Shown here: positions 18,662 to 27,554 of the stretch, piece by piece
Layout of the letters: every line of letters starts with the position of its first letter
How positions within the stretch are numbered: position 1 is the stretch's first letter
Origin: an uncultured beta proteobacterium
Lineage (GTDB): Bacteria; Pseudomonadota; Gammaproteobacteria; Burkholderiales; Burkholderiaceae
DNA: 64,000 bases
NCBI GenBank assembly: GCA_963803225.1
Contig: CAWDLJ010000004.1
Coordinates: forward strand, 1,167,706-1,231,705
Reading direction: 5' to 3'
Translations under genes and position numbers: made by a program
Notes under the pieces: model-generated
Databases searched by the model: none
What the model was told of the DNA's origin: nothing
Seen by the model: only the letters and a program-made list of their open reading frames with translations

Positions 18662-19237
18662 TCAGGCGTGCTGCTGCTTGAATTCGGCGTAGGGCGTCGG
18701 CGCGGCGGTCGGATCGAAATCGGCCCAATGGCCGCCTTGCCAGCGTCCCGATGCCCGCTCGATATCGGCGCCGCCCGCTTCGCGCAGGATCTCGGCAGCG
18801 CTTGCCTGATTCTCGGCATCGACGTGCACGGCGAGCAGCACACCGGAGTTGCGTGTCTCGTGCTGCACGCGGGCGTAATGCTCGTGGGCGCGCTGCCGCT
18901 GCCATAGCTGGCCGCCGAACGCGCCGAGCCAGGCGCCGACGCCCGCTGCGATCACCATGACCGGCAACGAAGTGCCGAATCCTCCGAAGATCACCACGCC
19001 GAGCACCGCGCCCGCCACGCTGCCCAGCATGACGCTGTGGCTGTGGTGATGCGCCGCGAGCGAGCGCGTGGAAGCGGCCCGTTCGAGTTGCTCGTGGTGG
19101 TGGCGGGCGTGCTGCCCGCGCGGATTGACGAAGAAGAGGTTGACGTCCTCGTCGATGAAGCCGCTGGCGAACAACTTGTCGGCGGCGGCTTCGGCGGCGG
19201 GGAATGTCGTGAAACGTCCAGCGACGATCAGTGACAT
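18662..19237 (-). CDS. General-stress-type membrane protein with glycine zipper
   Basis: IVAGRF...AAEAAA N-terminus, GxxxG hydrophobic hairpin, GVLLAVHV C-terminal motif. Confidence 0.7.
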   Translation of the reverse strand: MSLIVAGRFTTFPAAEAAADKLFASGFIDEDVNLFFVNPRGQHARHHHEQLERAASTRSLAAHHHSHSVMLGSVAGAVLGVVIFGGFGTSLPVMVIAAGVGAWLGAFGGQLWQRQRAHEHYARVQHETRNSGVLLAVHVDAENQASAAEILREAGGADIERASGRWQGGHWADFDPTAAPTPYAEFKQQHA

Positions 19238-19355
19238 GGAAGTCCCCTTGGCATGGTCGATGAACCCGACCAGGAAGTACGGCGCGGACGTCGCCGCGTC
19301 GCTACGTCGTTGGACAGCGTGCGCGGCGTGAAGTGCGATGCGCGCGTTGCGCGTT

Positions 19356-20804
19356 TCAGCGCTGCTGGCCGGTCGATGGCGCCGCGTTGCGCGGCATCAG
19401 CCGCAGCACGCTCACGCATGCCGCCGCCAGCGAGAACGCGGTCGCCGTGAGCAGTGCGATCATCGGTCCGTGCTGCGGCGCGACACCGAAGATCAGCGCG
19501 ACCAGCGCCGCGCCGAGGGTCTGGCCGGTGAGGCGCGCCGTGCCGAGCATGCCGCTCGCGCCGCCGCTGCGCTCGCGCGGCGCCGACGCCAGCATCTGGC
19601 GGTTGTTGGGCGACTGGAAGAGGCCGAAGCCGGCACCGCACAGCGCCATGCGCCAGCAGATGTCGAAGCTCGCCGGATGGCCGCCCAGCAGCGCGAGCGA
19701 GAGCAGGCCCGCGGCGAAGATCGCCAGTCCGATACCGCCGAGCAGTCCCGCCGGATAGCGGTCCGACAGCACCCCGGCGAGCGGCGCGGCACCGATGATG
19801 ACGAGCGGCCAGGGCGTCATCAGGAGGCCGGTGGCGACCTGCGAGAGTCCGAGCGTGTCCTGCAGCATGAACGGCAGCGCGACGAAGGCGAGCATCTGCG
19901 CGCAGAACGAGCAGATCGAGGTGCCGATCGACAGCGCGAAGACAGGAATGCGCAGCAGATCGACGGGCAACAGCGGCGCGGGCTGATCGAGCTGGCGGCG
20001 CACGAAGAACCAGCCGATCACGACCGCGCCGAGCAACTCGGCCGCCACGTAGCGGCGCGATTCGCCGTGCCCGAGGCCGTCGACGGCGAAGATCAGGAGA
20101 CCGAAGACGAACGCGTTCATCACGGCGCTCAGGTAGTCGTACCGCCCCTTGTGGCGCACGTTGGCCGGCAGCGCGCGCAGCCCGCGCACGAGCGCGGCGA
20201 TGCCGATCGGCACGTTGATCGCAAAGAGCCACGGCCACGAGGCGATCGCGAGCACGCCCGAGGCGAGCGTCGGCCCGACGGCCGAGGCGACCGCGACGAC
20301 CATCGCGTTGATGGCCACGCCGCGGCCCAGATGCTCGCGCGGATAGATCATGCGCACGAGCGCGGTGTTTACGCTCATGATGCCGGCGCCGCCGAAGCCC
20401 TGGATCATGCGGGCGAGTGCGAGCGTCGGCAGCGAGGTGGCGAGTGCGCAGCCAAGCGAGGCCACGGTGAAGAGCGCGAGCCCGCCCAGATAGACACGGC
20501 GGTAGCCGATGCGGTCGCCGAGCGAGGCGAGCGGCAGCAGCGAAATGGTGACCGCGAGCTGATAGGCGTTGACGATCCAGATCGAGTCGGCAGCGCTCGC
20601 GTTCAGGTTGCGCGCGATGGTCGGCAGCGCGACGTTGGCGATGGCGCCGTCGAGCACCGCAAGCGTGATGCCGAGCGCGACCACGAGAATCGCGTGATAG
20701 CGCTGGGGCAAGGGCAGGCCGCTATCGGCTGGGGACAACGCGGGCTCGTCGGCCTTGGCGGCGGACGCGGTGGCGGGGCGGGAAGAGTCGGACGATGTGC
20801 GCAT
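19356..20804 (-). CDS. DHA2-family MFS efflux transporter (YebQ-like)
   Basis: LDGAIANVALPTI, GDRIGYRR, about 14 TM segments. Confidence 0.9.
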   Translation of the reverse strand: MRTSSDSSRPATASAAKADEPALSPADSGLPLPQRYHAILVVALGITLAVLDGAIANVALPTIARNLNASAADSIWIVNAYQLAVTISLLPLASLGDRIGYRRVYLGGLALFTVASLGCALATSLPTLALARMIQGFGGAGIMSVNTALVRMIYPREHLGRGVAINAMVVAVASAVGPTLASGVLAIASWPWLFAINVPIGIAALVRGLRALPANVRHKGRYDYLSAVMNAFVFGLLIFAVDGLGHGESRRYVAAELLGAVVIGWFFVRRQLDQPAPLLPVDLLRIPVFALSIGTSICSFCAQMLAFVALPFMLQDTLGLSQVATGLLMTPWPLVIIGAAPLAGVLSDRYPAGLLGGIGLAIFAAGLLSLALLGGHPASFDICWRMALCGAGFGLFQSPNNRQMLASAPRERSGGASGMLGTARLTGQTLGAALVALIFGVAPQHGPMIALLTATAFSLAAACVSVLRLMPRNAAPSTGQQR

Positions 20805-20888
20805 CGAAAGTGGGAAGGCGCGGCGCCGCTGCATTGGCACCGCGCGTGCGGCGAGCGCGAGTCCGGGCGAGACGTGCGCCGCCTCGGC

Positions 20889-21392
20889 TTACTTGAGTTC
20901 GTAAAGGCCGATGTAGGTGGTCGAATCGAGTTCGTTCAGGTGCGTCATGAAGCGCGCGACGGCATTCGTGGTGTCGAGCGTGACCGGCAGTTGCGCCACC
21001 TTCAGCGCATGGATGCGATAGATGTAGCGGTGCGGCTTGTCTCCGCGCGGCGGCGCGGCGCCACCGAAGCCGACCGTGCCGTAGTCGTTGTGCACCTGCA
21101 CGGCGCCTTGCGGCAGCAGGCTGCCGTCGGCCTTGCCGGCGTTGCGCGCGAGCGAGCGCACGTCGGCGGGAATGTTGACGACGACCCAGTGCCAGAAGCC
21201 GCTGCCGGTGGGCGCGTCCGGATCGTAGACGGTCAGCGCGAAGCTTTGCGTGTCGTCGGGCGGGGCTTCCCATTGCAGTGCGGGCGAGATGTTGTCGCCG
21301 TCGACGCCGAATGCCCGATTGTCGAATTCCTGGGCTTTCGGCATGAAGCCGTTGGCCGGAAAGTCGTCGGACCAGATGCGAAAGTCAGCCAT
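20889..21392 (-). CDS. YbhB/YbcL family (PEBP/RKIP-like) protein
   Basis: DPDAPTGSGFWHW, GAAPPRGDKPHRY. Confidence 0.92.
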   Translation of the reverse strand: MADFRIWSDDFPANGFMPKAQEFDNRAFGVDGDNISPALQWEAPPDDTQSFALTVYDPDAPTGSGFWHWVVVNIPADVRSLARNAGKADGSLLPQGAVQVHNDYGTVGFGGAAPPRGDKPHRYIYRIHALKVAQLPVTLDTTNAVARFMTHLNELDSTTYIGLYELK

Positions 21393-21514
21393 CGGATGCC
21401 TCCTTGAAGGATGGTTCTGTGGTGGATGGACAGGCCATGCGCGCACGCGTTGGCACGGCGCAGGCGATCCGGTCGAGTTTATCACCGGGCGGCGGCGGGC
21501 AACCGCGTGTTGCG

Positions 21515-21976
21515 TCATGTACGCCGCGCGCCGCGCTCCTCGAACCACGTCGATTCACCGCTCGCGAGCCACGCGGCGAGCCGCTCGACGCTCGCCTCGG
21601 GATCGCTCGCCTCGCCGCGCAGCGCGCACTCCCAGACCACCGCGATGCGCCAGCCCTGGGCCGCGAGCGCGGCGAGCGCGCGAGCATCGTTGGTGCGATT
21701 GCGGTTGATCTTCTCGCGCCAGAACTCGGGACGCGTCTTTGGCCACTTGAAGAACGCGCAGTCGTGGCCGTGCCAGAAACAGCCGTGCACGAACACCACC
21801 GCGCGGTAGCGCGGCAACACGATGTCGGGGCGCCCGGGCAGCTCGCGCACGTCGAGCCGGAAACGAAAACCGCGCCGATGCAGCAGGCTGCGGATGAGCC
21901 GTTCGGGCTGCGTGTTGCGTGCGCGGATGCCGGACATCATCCGGCTGCGGGTCGCGGCGTCGACGACATCGACCAT
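21515..21976 (-). CDS. vsr: Very short patch repair endonuclease
   Basis: RSRMMSGIR, LPGRPDIV, FVHGCFWHGH, FWREKI. Confidence 0.94.
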   Translation of the reverse strand: MVDVVDAATRSRMMSGIRARNTQPERLIRSLLHRRGFRFRLDVRELPGRPDIVLPRYRAVVFVHGCFWHGHDCAFFKWPKTRPEFWREKINRNRTNDARALAALAAQGWRIAVVWECALRGEASDPEASVERLAAWLASGESTWFEERGARRT

Positions 21977-21993
21977 GACGCCGCTTCTCTCGC

Positions 21994-23271
21994 TCAGGCC
22001 GCGAGCGGCGCGACCTTGGTGCGGCCGGCGGTGCGGCGCGCTGCCGGTTGGGTCGTCGCGCCGAACGGCAGATGTTCGAGCATCGAGCGGGCGACCTCGC
22101 GCATCACCGGCATCACGACGCTGTTGCCGAACTGGCGATAAGCCTGGGTGTCGCTCACGGGAATGCGGAAGGTATCGGGAAAGCCCATCAGCCGCGCGCA
22201 TTCGCGCGGTGTGAGACGGCGCGGGCGCATCTCGTTGCCTTGGTGCACGAGGATCTCGCTGCCGTCCTTGTGATAGCGCGCCGAAAGCGTGCGCGTCACG
22301 CTATGCGCGTGCGCCATGCCGAAGCCAAAGCCGTTGCCCGCCGCGCGATGCTTCTGCGCGTACGCCTGCAGATAGGTCCAGAGGCCGGGCGTGAGCGTGT
22401 ACTTGGGCTGCACGCGGCGCGCCGCGTGGTCGAAGAAGCGCTCGCCGTCCCACGGCAGCAGCGGCTCGCTGCCGTCCGTGCGATGCAGGATCGCGCCGAG
22501 ACGCGGACCCTCGGCGGGCAGGCGCAGCGCATCCCACGAGAACTCGCGCGGCTCGCGAAAGCCCGCGATGATGATGCGCTCGCGATGCTGCGGCGTGAAA
22601 TGGCGCCCATCGATCACGCGATAGTGGACGTCATAGCCCAGTTCGTCGCGCAGCACCTGCAGGATCACCTCGAAGGTGCGGCCGCGATCGTGCGACAGCA
22701 GGTTCTTCACGTTCTCGAGCAAAAAGGCGGCGGGCCGCTTCTCGGCGATGATACGGGCGACATCGAAAAAGAGCGTGCCCTGCGTCGTGCACTCGAACCC
22801 GTGCGGGCGGCCGAGCGCGTTCTTCTTGGAGACCCCGGCGATCGAGAACGGCTGGCATGGAAAGCCCGCGAGCAGCACGTCGTGATCGGGCACGTCGGCG
22901 GCCGGAAACGAGACGATGTCGCCGATGAAGGTGTGCGCCTCGCCGTAGTTCTCGACATAGGTCTTGCGCGAGAACGCGTTCCACTCGCTCGTGAACACGC
23001 ATTCGCCGCCGTGCGCCTCGAAGCCCATGCGAATGCCGCCGATGCCGGCGAACAGATCGATGAAGCTAAAGCGCGCGGGGGCCGCAGCGGCGCTCGCGCC
23101 GGTCTGCAGCAACTCGCGCAGCGCGGCTTCGAGCATCGCGGGACACGGCGTCTCGCCGCTTTCCCATCGACGGATGGTCTTGACGTCCTTGCCGACGTGT
23201 TCGGCGATCTGCCGCTGGGTGAAACGTTGACGCGCCTGCTGAAGCAGATCTCGCGGAGTGGCCGTGGGCAC
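21994..23271 (-). CDS. dcm: C5 DNA cytosine methyltransferase with N-terminal XRE-type HTH
   Basis: DLFAGIGG, catalytic [19 protein letters not shown], Dcm-like TRD ([11 protein letters not shown]), FGNSV. N-terminal [14 protein letters not shown]...TIRRWESG. Confidence 0.92.
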   Translation of the reverse strand: MPTATPRDLLQQARQRFTQRQIAEHVGKDVKTIRRWESGETPCPAMLEAALRELLQTGASAAAAPARFSFIDLFAGIGGIRMGFEAHGGECVFTSEWNAFSRKTYVENYGEAHTFIGDIVSFPAADVPDHDVLLAGFPCQPFSIAGVSKKNALGRPHGFECTTQGTLFFDVARIIAEKRPAAFLLENVKNLLSHDRGRTFEVILQVLRDELGYDVHYRVIDGRHFTPQHRERIIIAGFREPREFSWDALRLPAEGPRLGAILHRTDGSEPLLPWDGERFFDHAARRVQPKYTLTPGLWTYLQAYAQKHRAAGNGFGFGMAHAHSVTRTLSARYHKDGSEILVHQGNEMRPRRLTPRECARLMGFPDTFRIPVSDTQAYRQFGNSVVMPVMREVARSMLEHLPFGATTQPAARRTAGRTKVAPLAA

Positions 23272-23350
23272 AGATGTCCTCGCTGGGTATTTTGGCGGAC
23301 ATTATGACCGATAGGCGACCCGCGGTCGCGGGAGAATTTGTGCTGGCGCC

Positions 23351-23622
23351 GCTCAGCCGCTCAGCCGCTCAGCCGCTCAGCCGCTCAGCCGCTCAGCCGC
23401 TCAGCCGCTCAGCCGCTCAGCCGCTCAGACGCTCAGACGCTCAGACGCTCAGACGCTCAGACGCTCAGACGCTCAGACGCTCAGACGCTCAGACGCTCAG
23501 ACGCTCAGACGCTCAGACGCTCAGACGCTCAGACGCTCAGACGCTCAGACGCTCAGACGCTCAGACGCTCAGACGCTCAGACGCTCAGACGCTCAGACGC
23601 TCAGACGCTCAGACGCTCAGAC
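23351..23622. repeat. 8-bp VNTR: (GCTCAGCC)x9 followed by (GCTCAGAC)x25
   Basis: Counted directly: 23351-23422 and 23423-23622, 272 bp, no spacers. Confidence 0.98.
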
Positions 23623-23958
23623 GGCCGCGCCGCCCGCAGCCTGAATGCGGGGCGCCGCGTTTTCGTATTGCAGGTCGTAGTGATCGAGTTGCAGCAGCAG
23701 ACTGTCGATTTCGCACAGCTGCGCCTTGCTCACGTGCCCGGTGTCGAGCAGACGATGCAGACGCTTGCGCCAGTAGTCGGCGGGCAGGATGGGACCCGCG
23801 AGGTCGCCGCGCAACGACAGCGGCATCACGCGCCGGATGTGCGCGATGTCGTGATCGATCAGGGTCGAAGTGAGCAGACCGGCGGGGAGGGGACGGGGCG
23901 AGTCCATGAGCGCTATTACGGACGCGCCCGGGAATACTTGAGCCCCTTTTTTCTCCAT
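23617..23958 (-). CDS. Hypothetical protein (stop codon supplied by the VNTR)
   Basis: Protein-like DHDIAHIRRVM...YWRKRL segment; start uncertain. Confidence 0.6.
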   Translation of the reverse strand: MEKKGAQVFPGASVIALMDSPRPLPAGLLTSTLIDHDIAHIRRVMPLSLRGDLAGPILPADYWRKRLHRLLDTGHVSKAQLCEIDSLLLQLDHYDLQYENAAPRIQAAGGAAV

Positions 23959-24203
23959 GTTTACCCGCGGCTCGCGCATAGCACGCACTGGTGCGGGTCG
24001 ACGGGGAGGTTCAGCCGAGAAAAAGCATCGCCAGCGACGAAAACACGACCGCGGCAAGCAGGGCGATCACGGCGAAGATGTAGGGAGAGGTCATGGCAGG
24101 GCGCTCACACGAACGGCTTACGGGATGCCGTCGATGGCTGCCATAGTATTCCGGCGTCAGAAAGGCAACTGTTAACAATTGACAAACCGGCCCGGTTGCC
24201 CGC

Positions 24204-24485
24204 TCAACCTTCTGCGGGCGGCGGCGCGTCGGACTCGTACGGTGCGGCGACGGCGCCTTCGAAGAACCGGCGGGTCGCCTCGAACGACTGCAGCATCGGC
24301 TCGGGCCAGGGCGTCTGGAGCATGACGGCCTGATGATTTTCGAATGCCGAGGTGAGCAGCTTCGTGAGTTCGGGCGAGCGCAGATGGCGCAGCAGCACGC
24401 TCACGGCGATGGCCGTCGCCTGGCTCGCGCCGGCGGTCTGCAGTTCGGAAGCGGTGAGTGCGGCGACTTGCTTGTTGATGTCCAT
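24204..24485 (-). CDS. Hypothetical protein (93 aa)
   Basis: Host-like codon usage, GAGAGG SD upstream. Confidence 0.7.
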   Translation of the reverse strand: MDINKQVAALTASELQTAGASQATAIAVSVLLRHLRSPELTKLLTSAFENHQAVMLQTPWPEPMLQSFEATRRFFEGAVAAPYESDAPPPAEG

Positions 24486-24649
24486 GATGACTGGCCTCTC
24501 GTGAGCAGATTCTGCGGAGCAGGGAGGAATGCGGGGTTGGAAAACGGCTGGGCCGGCGCGGGCAGCGTGCGCCGCGCGGTGTTGCGCTTGGGAAACGTTG
24601 CGTTGGCAGTACGGATGCGGCGAACGGCGCTCGCCGATGGACCATTCGA

Positions 24650-24668
24650 TGGTCCCCCTGACAGGAAT
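24650..24668. repeat. Distal att site (duplicated tRNA 3' end)
   Basis: Exact 19-bp match to 31056-31074. Confidence 0.95.
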
Positions 24669-24779
24669 TTTGGTCCCTGTTTCGCTCCTAGGGGCCGTGG
24701 TGGTCCGCAGCCCTGAAACCCAAGCCTATCAATCCTCACAGCCCTAGTCAATCCCTGAGGGTCTGAGGACTCACATCGG

Positions 24780-24817
24780 CCCGTTGGTACAGCCAGAGGT
24801 CACCCGTTGGTACAGTC
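24780..24817. repeat. Putative integrase arm-type sites, left arm
   Basis: CCCGTTGGTACAG at 24780 and 24803; the same core recurs at the right end. Confidence 0.6.
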
Positions 24818-25230
24818 AATATATTAGGGACATAAGGGGTCCACGGATACCGGGCGCTCCCCCCTGGGGGTCACCCTTTGGGCGCGAAGGCCCCCCACTT
24901 CCAAGCAGTCGCTACAGAAAGTCCCCAACTAGGCCCCGGCCCCCCTGGGGGTCCCGTTATAGGAAAAGAGGTCCCCCCTTGTCCGCTGGGTTCCATGGGG
25001 AAAAGTCCAAATCGAGTATTACGATTCCGTAAGGTCTTTGGAATTCCCACGGGGGGCACTCTCACGACGAGCGTCCAACAACAACGAACAACTCGAAGGT
25101 TTAACACTTTCGTTGAAGTGGGTGCCGGGCAGTACTTTAGGTACCGGTACCTCGCCCCGCATGGATTCAAGATCGGTTTGAAAAATTCCAACGCGCTACT
25201 CCTCCACTCAAGCAGTCGGACCGAGCTTCC

Positions 25231-25710
25231 TCATTGCGCCCGAAGTAGCTTCGTCTTCTGCGCCTGAAACTCTGCGTCCGTGATGACCCCTTCATCCTTC
25301 AGCGCCTTGAGCTTTTCGAGGTTCGTATAAAGGTCGCCACTTTGCTGGCGTGGCTCAAGCCCCTTTACAGTCTCGTTGACCTCTAAATGTTGGGTTGGCG
25401 GCCTCGCGCTATCGAAATCTCCCTTCTTCCCGTAGCTCACTACACGCCCATTTCTGATTGCGATGAAGTAGTCATCGGGGAAGTTGCCGTCAGCAGCTAT
25501 GACCGTCTTTACCCAGCGATACTGGAGATACTCTAGGTCACCACTGGCAGAAATCGACTTTGGCTCGCCCAATGTGTGGATGACCTCATCTCGCGTCATA
25601 CCAACCGAGACTTTGTTTAGTTGGTCGGCCGTGCCAAAGATCATTGCCATGCAGCCAGTCAGCAAAACCGCCGCGCTACATAGCAGTGCCGTTATCAGTG
25701 TCCTTCTCAT
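25231..25710 (-). CDS. Lipoprotein: SmpA/BamE-like domain + C-terminal SHOCT
   Basis: Lipobox LTGC, VGMTRDEVIHTLGEP, LEKLKALKDEGVITDAEFQAQKTKLL. Confidence 0.82.
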   Translation of the reverse strand: MRRTLITALLCSAAVLLTGCMAMIFGTADQLNKVSVGMTRDEVIHTLGEPKSISASGDLEYLQYRWVKTVIAADGNFPDDYFIAIRNGRVVSYGKKGDFDSARPPTQHLEVNETVKGLEPRQQSGDLYTNLEKLKALKDEGVITDAEFQAQKTKLLRAQ

Positions 25711-25813
25711 GCCAACCTCGTTCCTTCGTTGTTTGAATTGACCGCGCGACACTCATGGGAATAGGGGCGCGTCCGAAGACACCGGGCAGGCCCCTCACGC
25801 GCACCACGGTCGA

Positions 25814-26152
25814 TTACATGGCCTTCAAGATTTCCTGTTTCTTCGCGGCGTATTCTTTTTCCGTGATCAGCCCTTGCTTGTACATGCTGCTTAGCTCAGC
25901 GAGCTTCTGAGCAGAGGGTGTGGCAGTCACGACAGGCTGGGCTGCGGGGCAAGACCCAGCGCATACCTTCAGCGATTCATTGCAGTGAATTTGTTCCGCT
26001 ATCGGAAAGAGCTTGAATCCCGTGGTGCAGGTCGAGTACTCCGATGAGCAACGTTGAGCGCAGGTTGAATCGAGCTTGCTTAGATCGAGGTCAGGAGCCG
26101 ATACGCAGCCGGTCAGCGCCGTCAAGAGGACGGCAATAGTCAATCTCTTCAT
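25814..26152 (-). CDS. Lipoprotein: six-Cys domain + C-terminal SHOCT
   Basis: Lipobox LTGC, C-x3-C-x6-C...C-x6-C-x3-C, LAELSSMYKQGLITEKEYAAKKQEIL. Confidence 0.8.
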   Translation of the reverse strand: MKRLTIAVLLTALTGCVSAPDLDLSKLDSTCAQRCSSEYSTCTTGFKLFPIAEQIHCNESLKVCAGSCPAAQPVVTATPSAQKLAELSSMYKQGLITEKEYAAKKQEILKAM

Positions 26153-26294
26153 CAATTCCCCGAATGCGGTCTTTTGGCTTTTTGTCTGGGCGCTAGCCCA
26201 TAGGGACCCCGTGGCGGGACCCCGCAACATTCTAAGGGACGACTGCAGGAAGGTGTGCCGGTGTTTTTAACAACGCAGCGACGGGACGAAATGT

Positions 26295-26417
26295 AGGCTC
26301 ACAAGGTATACATTGGAGCTACCCACTTTGATAGCCAAATACAATGGCTCAAAAGGTTGACCGTGTTCTGAGCTACCTTTACTATTGAGCCATACAAGTT
26401 TTGAGCCACTTAGCTCA
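26295..26417. promoter_or_regulatory. res-like site upstream of the resolvase
   Basis: Six G(G/A)CTCA/TGAGC(C/T)A half-sites, including a perfect inverted repeat TGGCTCAAAA (26345-54) / TTTTGAGCCA (26399-408). Confidence 0.6.
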
Positions 26418-26436
26418 CCAGACACCGAGACCGACC

Positions 26437-27075
26437 ATGAACGCGACCACCACAGCAGCGAAGACGATCACCCTGTATTACGGACGTATCTCAACCACGG
26501 ACGGCCAGACCTCAGCAAGCCAGTATGACGACGCAGCAAAGCAGGGCGTAAGCGCCAAGCACGTCCATGTTGATGAAGGCGTGAGCGGTTACCACGTTGC
26601 CCCCATGGAGCGCAAGGAGTGGGCGCGAGTGATGGACAAACTGAGCGAAGGTGGCGTGCTCTATGTTCGCTGGCTCGACCGTATCAGCCGTAACTACGAC
26701 ATGCTTTCCAAGACCATGAAGGAATTGATGGACATGGGCGTCAAGGTCGTATGCACGCTCAACGGCATGGTGTTTGATGGCACGGCAACGGATGCAATCT
26801 CCAAGGCCACCCGAGACGCAGTGCTGGCGTTCATGGCCGCTCAAGGCGAGGCCGATTACCTCAATCGTCGTGAGATGCAAAAGCGCGGCATTGCGACCGC
26901 TCAGGCCCAAGGGAAAGAGATGGGACGTCCCAAGGCCGCAGAGGCATCCGTGGTGGTCGCATGGCGCACCGAGCACGGCGCAAGTATCAAGGAGACCGCA
27001 GAACATTTTGGTATCGGCATTGCCACGGTCAAGCGGTATTGCGCTGGTCGTGCCCACGGCCACTCAGCGGCCTAA
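26437..27075 (+). CDS. Small serine recombinase (resolvase/invertase)
   Basis: YGRIST catalytic Ser, LDRISRN, GRPK linker, C-terminal HTH. Confidence 0.92.
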   Translation: MNATTTAAKTITLYYGRISTTDGQTSASQYDDAAKQGVSAKHVHVDEGVSGYHVAPMERKEWARVMDKLSEGGVLYVRWLDRISRNYDMLSKTMKELMDMGVKVVCTLNGMVFDGTATDAISKATRDAVLAFMAAQGEADYLNRREMQKRGIATAQAQGKEMGRPKAAEASVVVAWRTEHGASIKETAEHFGIGIATVKRYCAGRAHGHSAA

Positions 27076-27147
27076 GGGTCCAAGGGGGGCGGCGCGAGTT
27101 TGCCCCACTAATCACACACACAAACAACCAGCGAGGAGTAGTAAGAG

Positions 27148-27492
27148 ATGTTGACGTATGCACAAGAGCGAGCCCTACAGCTATCACCCGAGGACCTCAC
27201 AGAGTGGCGCAAGAAACCCACGGCAGAGAAGCACCGCGACATTGTTGAGTGGCGAACCAAATATGACGAGACGATTAGCACGACCGCACGGCACTTTGGC
27301 GTAAGTCCTAGCTACGTGGGCGCAGCATGGCGCAAGGCCGGTATGTCAGGCTTTTGGCGCATTGGGACAGGTCTGGATAGCAGCGAGGCCCTAAGGCTTG
27401 CAAAGGACTACGGGAGCGCAGACGACCATTGCAAGGCCGCATTGCTCCTCAGTAGCGCCTTGGAGTGGCAAACGAGCAACGAAGCCGCATAA
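27148..27492 (+). CDS. HTH protein resembling the resolvase DNA-binding domain
   Basis: GAGGAG SD. IVEWRTKYDETISTTARHFGVS aligns with the resolvase VVAWRTEHGASIKETAEHFGIG. Confidence 0.7.
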   Translation: MLTYAQERALQLSPEDLTEWRKKPTAEKHRDIVEWRTKYDETISTTARHFGVSPSYVGAAWRKAGMSGFWRIGTGLDSSEALRLAKDYGSADDHCKAALLLSSALEWQTSNEAA

Positions 27493-27554
27493 ACGCGCCG
27501 CCGAATCATAAACTTCTAACCCTGTATCAACTACCGACTAAGGACCTGCAGAGT

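Noticed and set aside
19282-19295. Fifth sigma-54 promoter upstream of 18662-19237
   Set aside because: GG-N10-GC spacing is present but the flanking bases do not match TGGCAC/TTGC; expected by chance at this GC content.
23351-23622. VNTR as a CRISPR array or as a coding repeat (plus-strand ORFs 23274-23873 and 23338-24333)
   Set aside because: Units are contiguous with no spacers and no cas genes are present. The ORFs exist only because the plus-strand repeat lacks stop codons, and their remainder is antisense to a more plausible gene.
23351-23622. VNTR as an array of target sites for the adjacent methyltransferase (each unit has CTNAG; nine have GCTNAGC)
   Set aside because: The enzyme's target-recognition region is Dcm/EcoRII-like, predicting CCWGG, which the repeat lacks. 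Only a methylome showing CTNAG methylation would revive the idea.
24871-25191. Minus-strand ORF with CGAR-x6-CPAP spacing like HGGxSTG-domain proteins
   Set aside because: The defining RC-x-HGG-x-STG residues are absent and there is no clear SD; likely chance or a decayed remnant.
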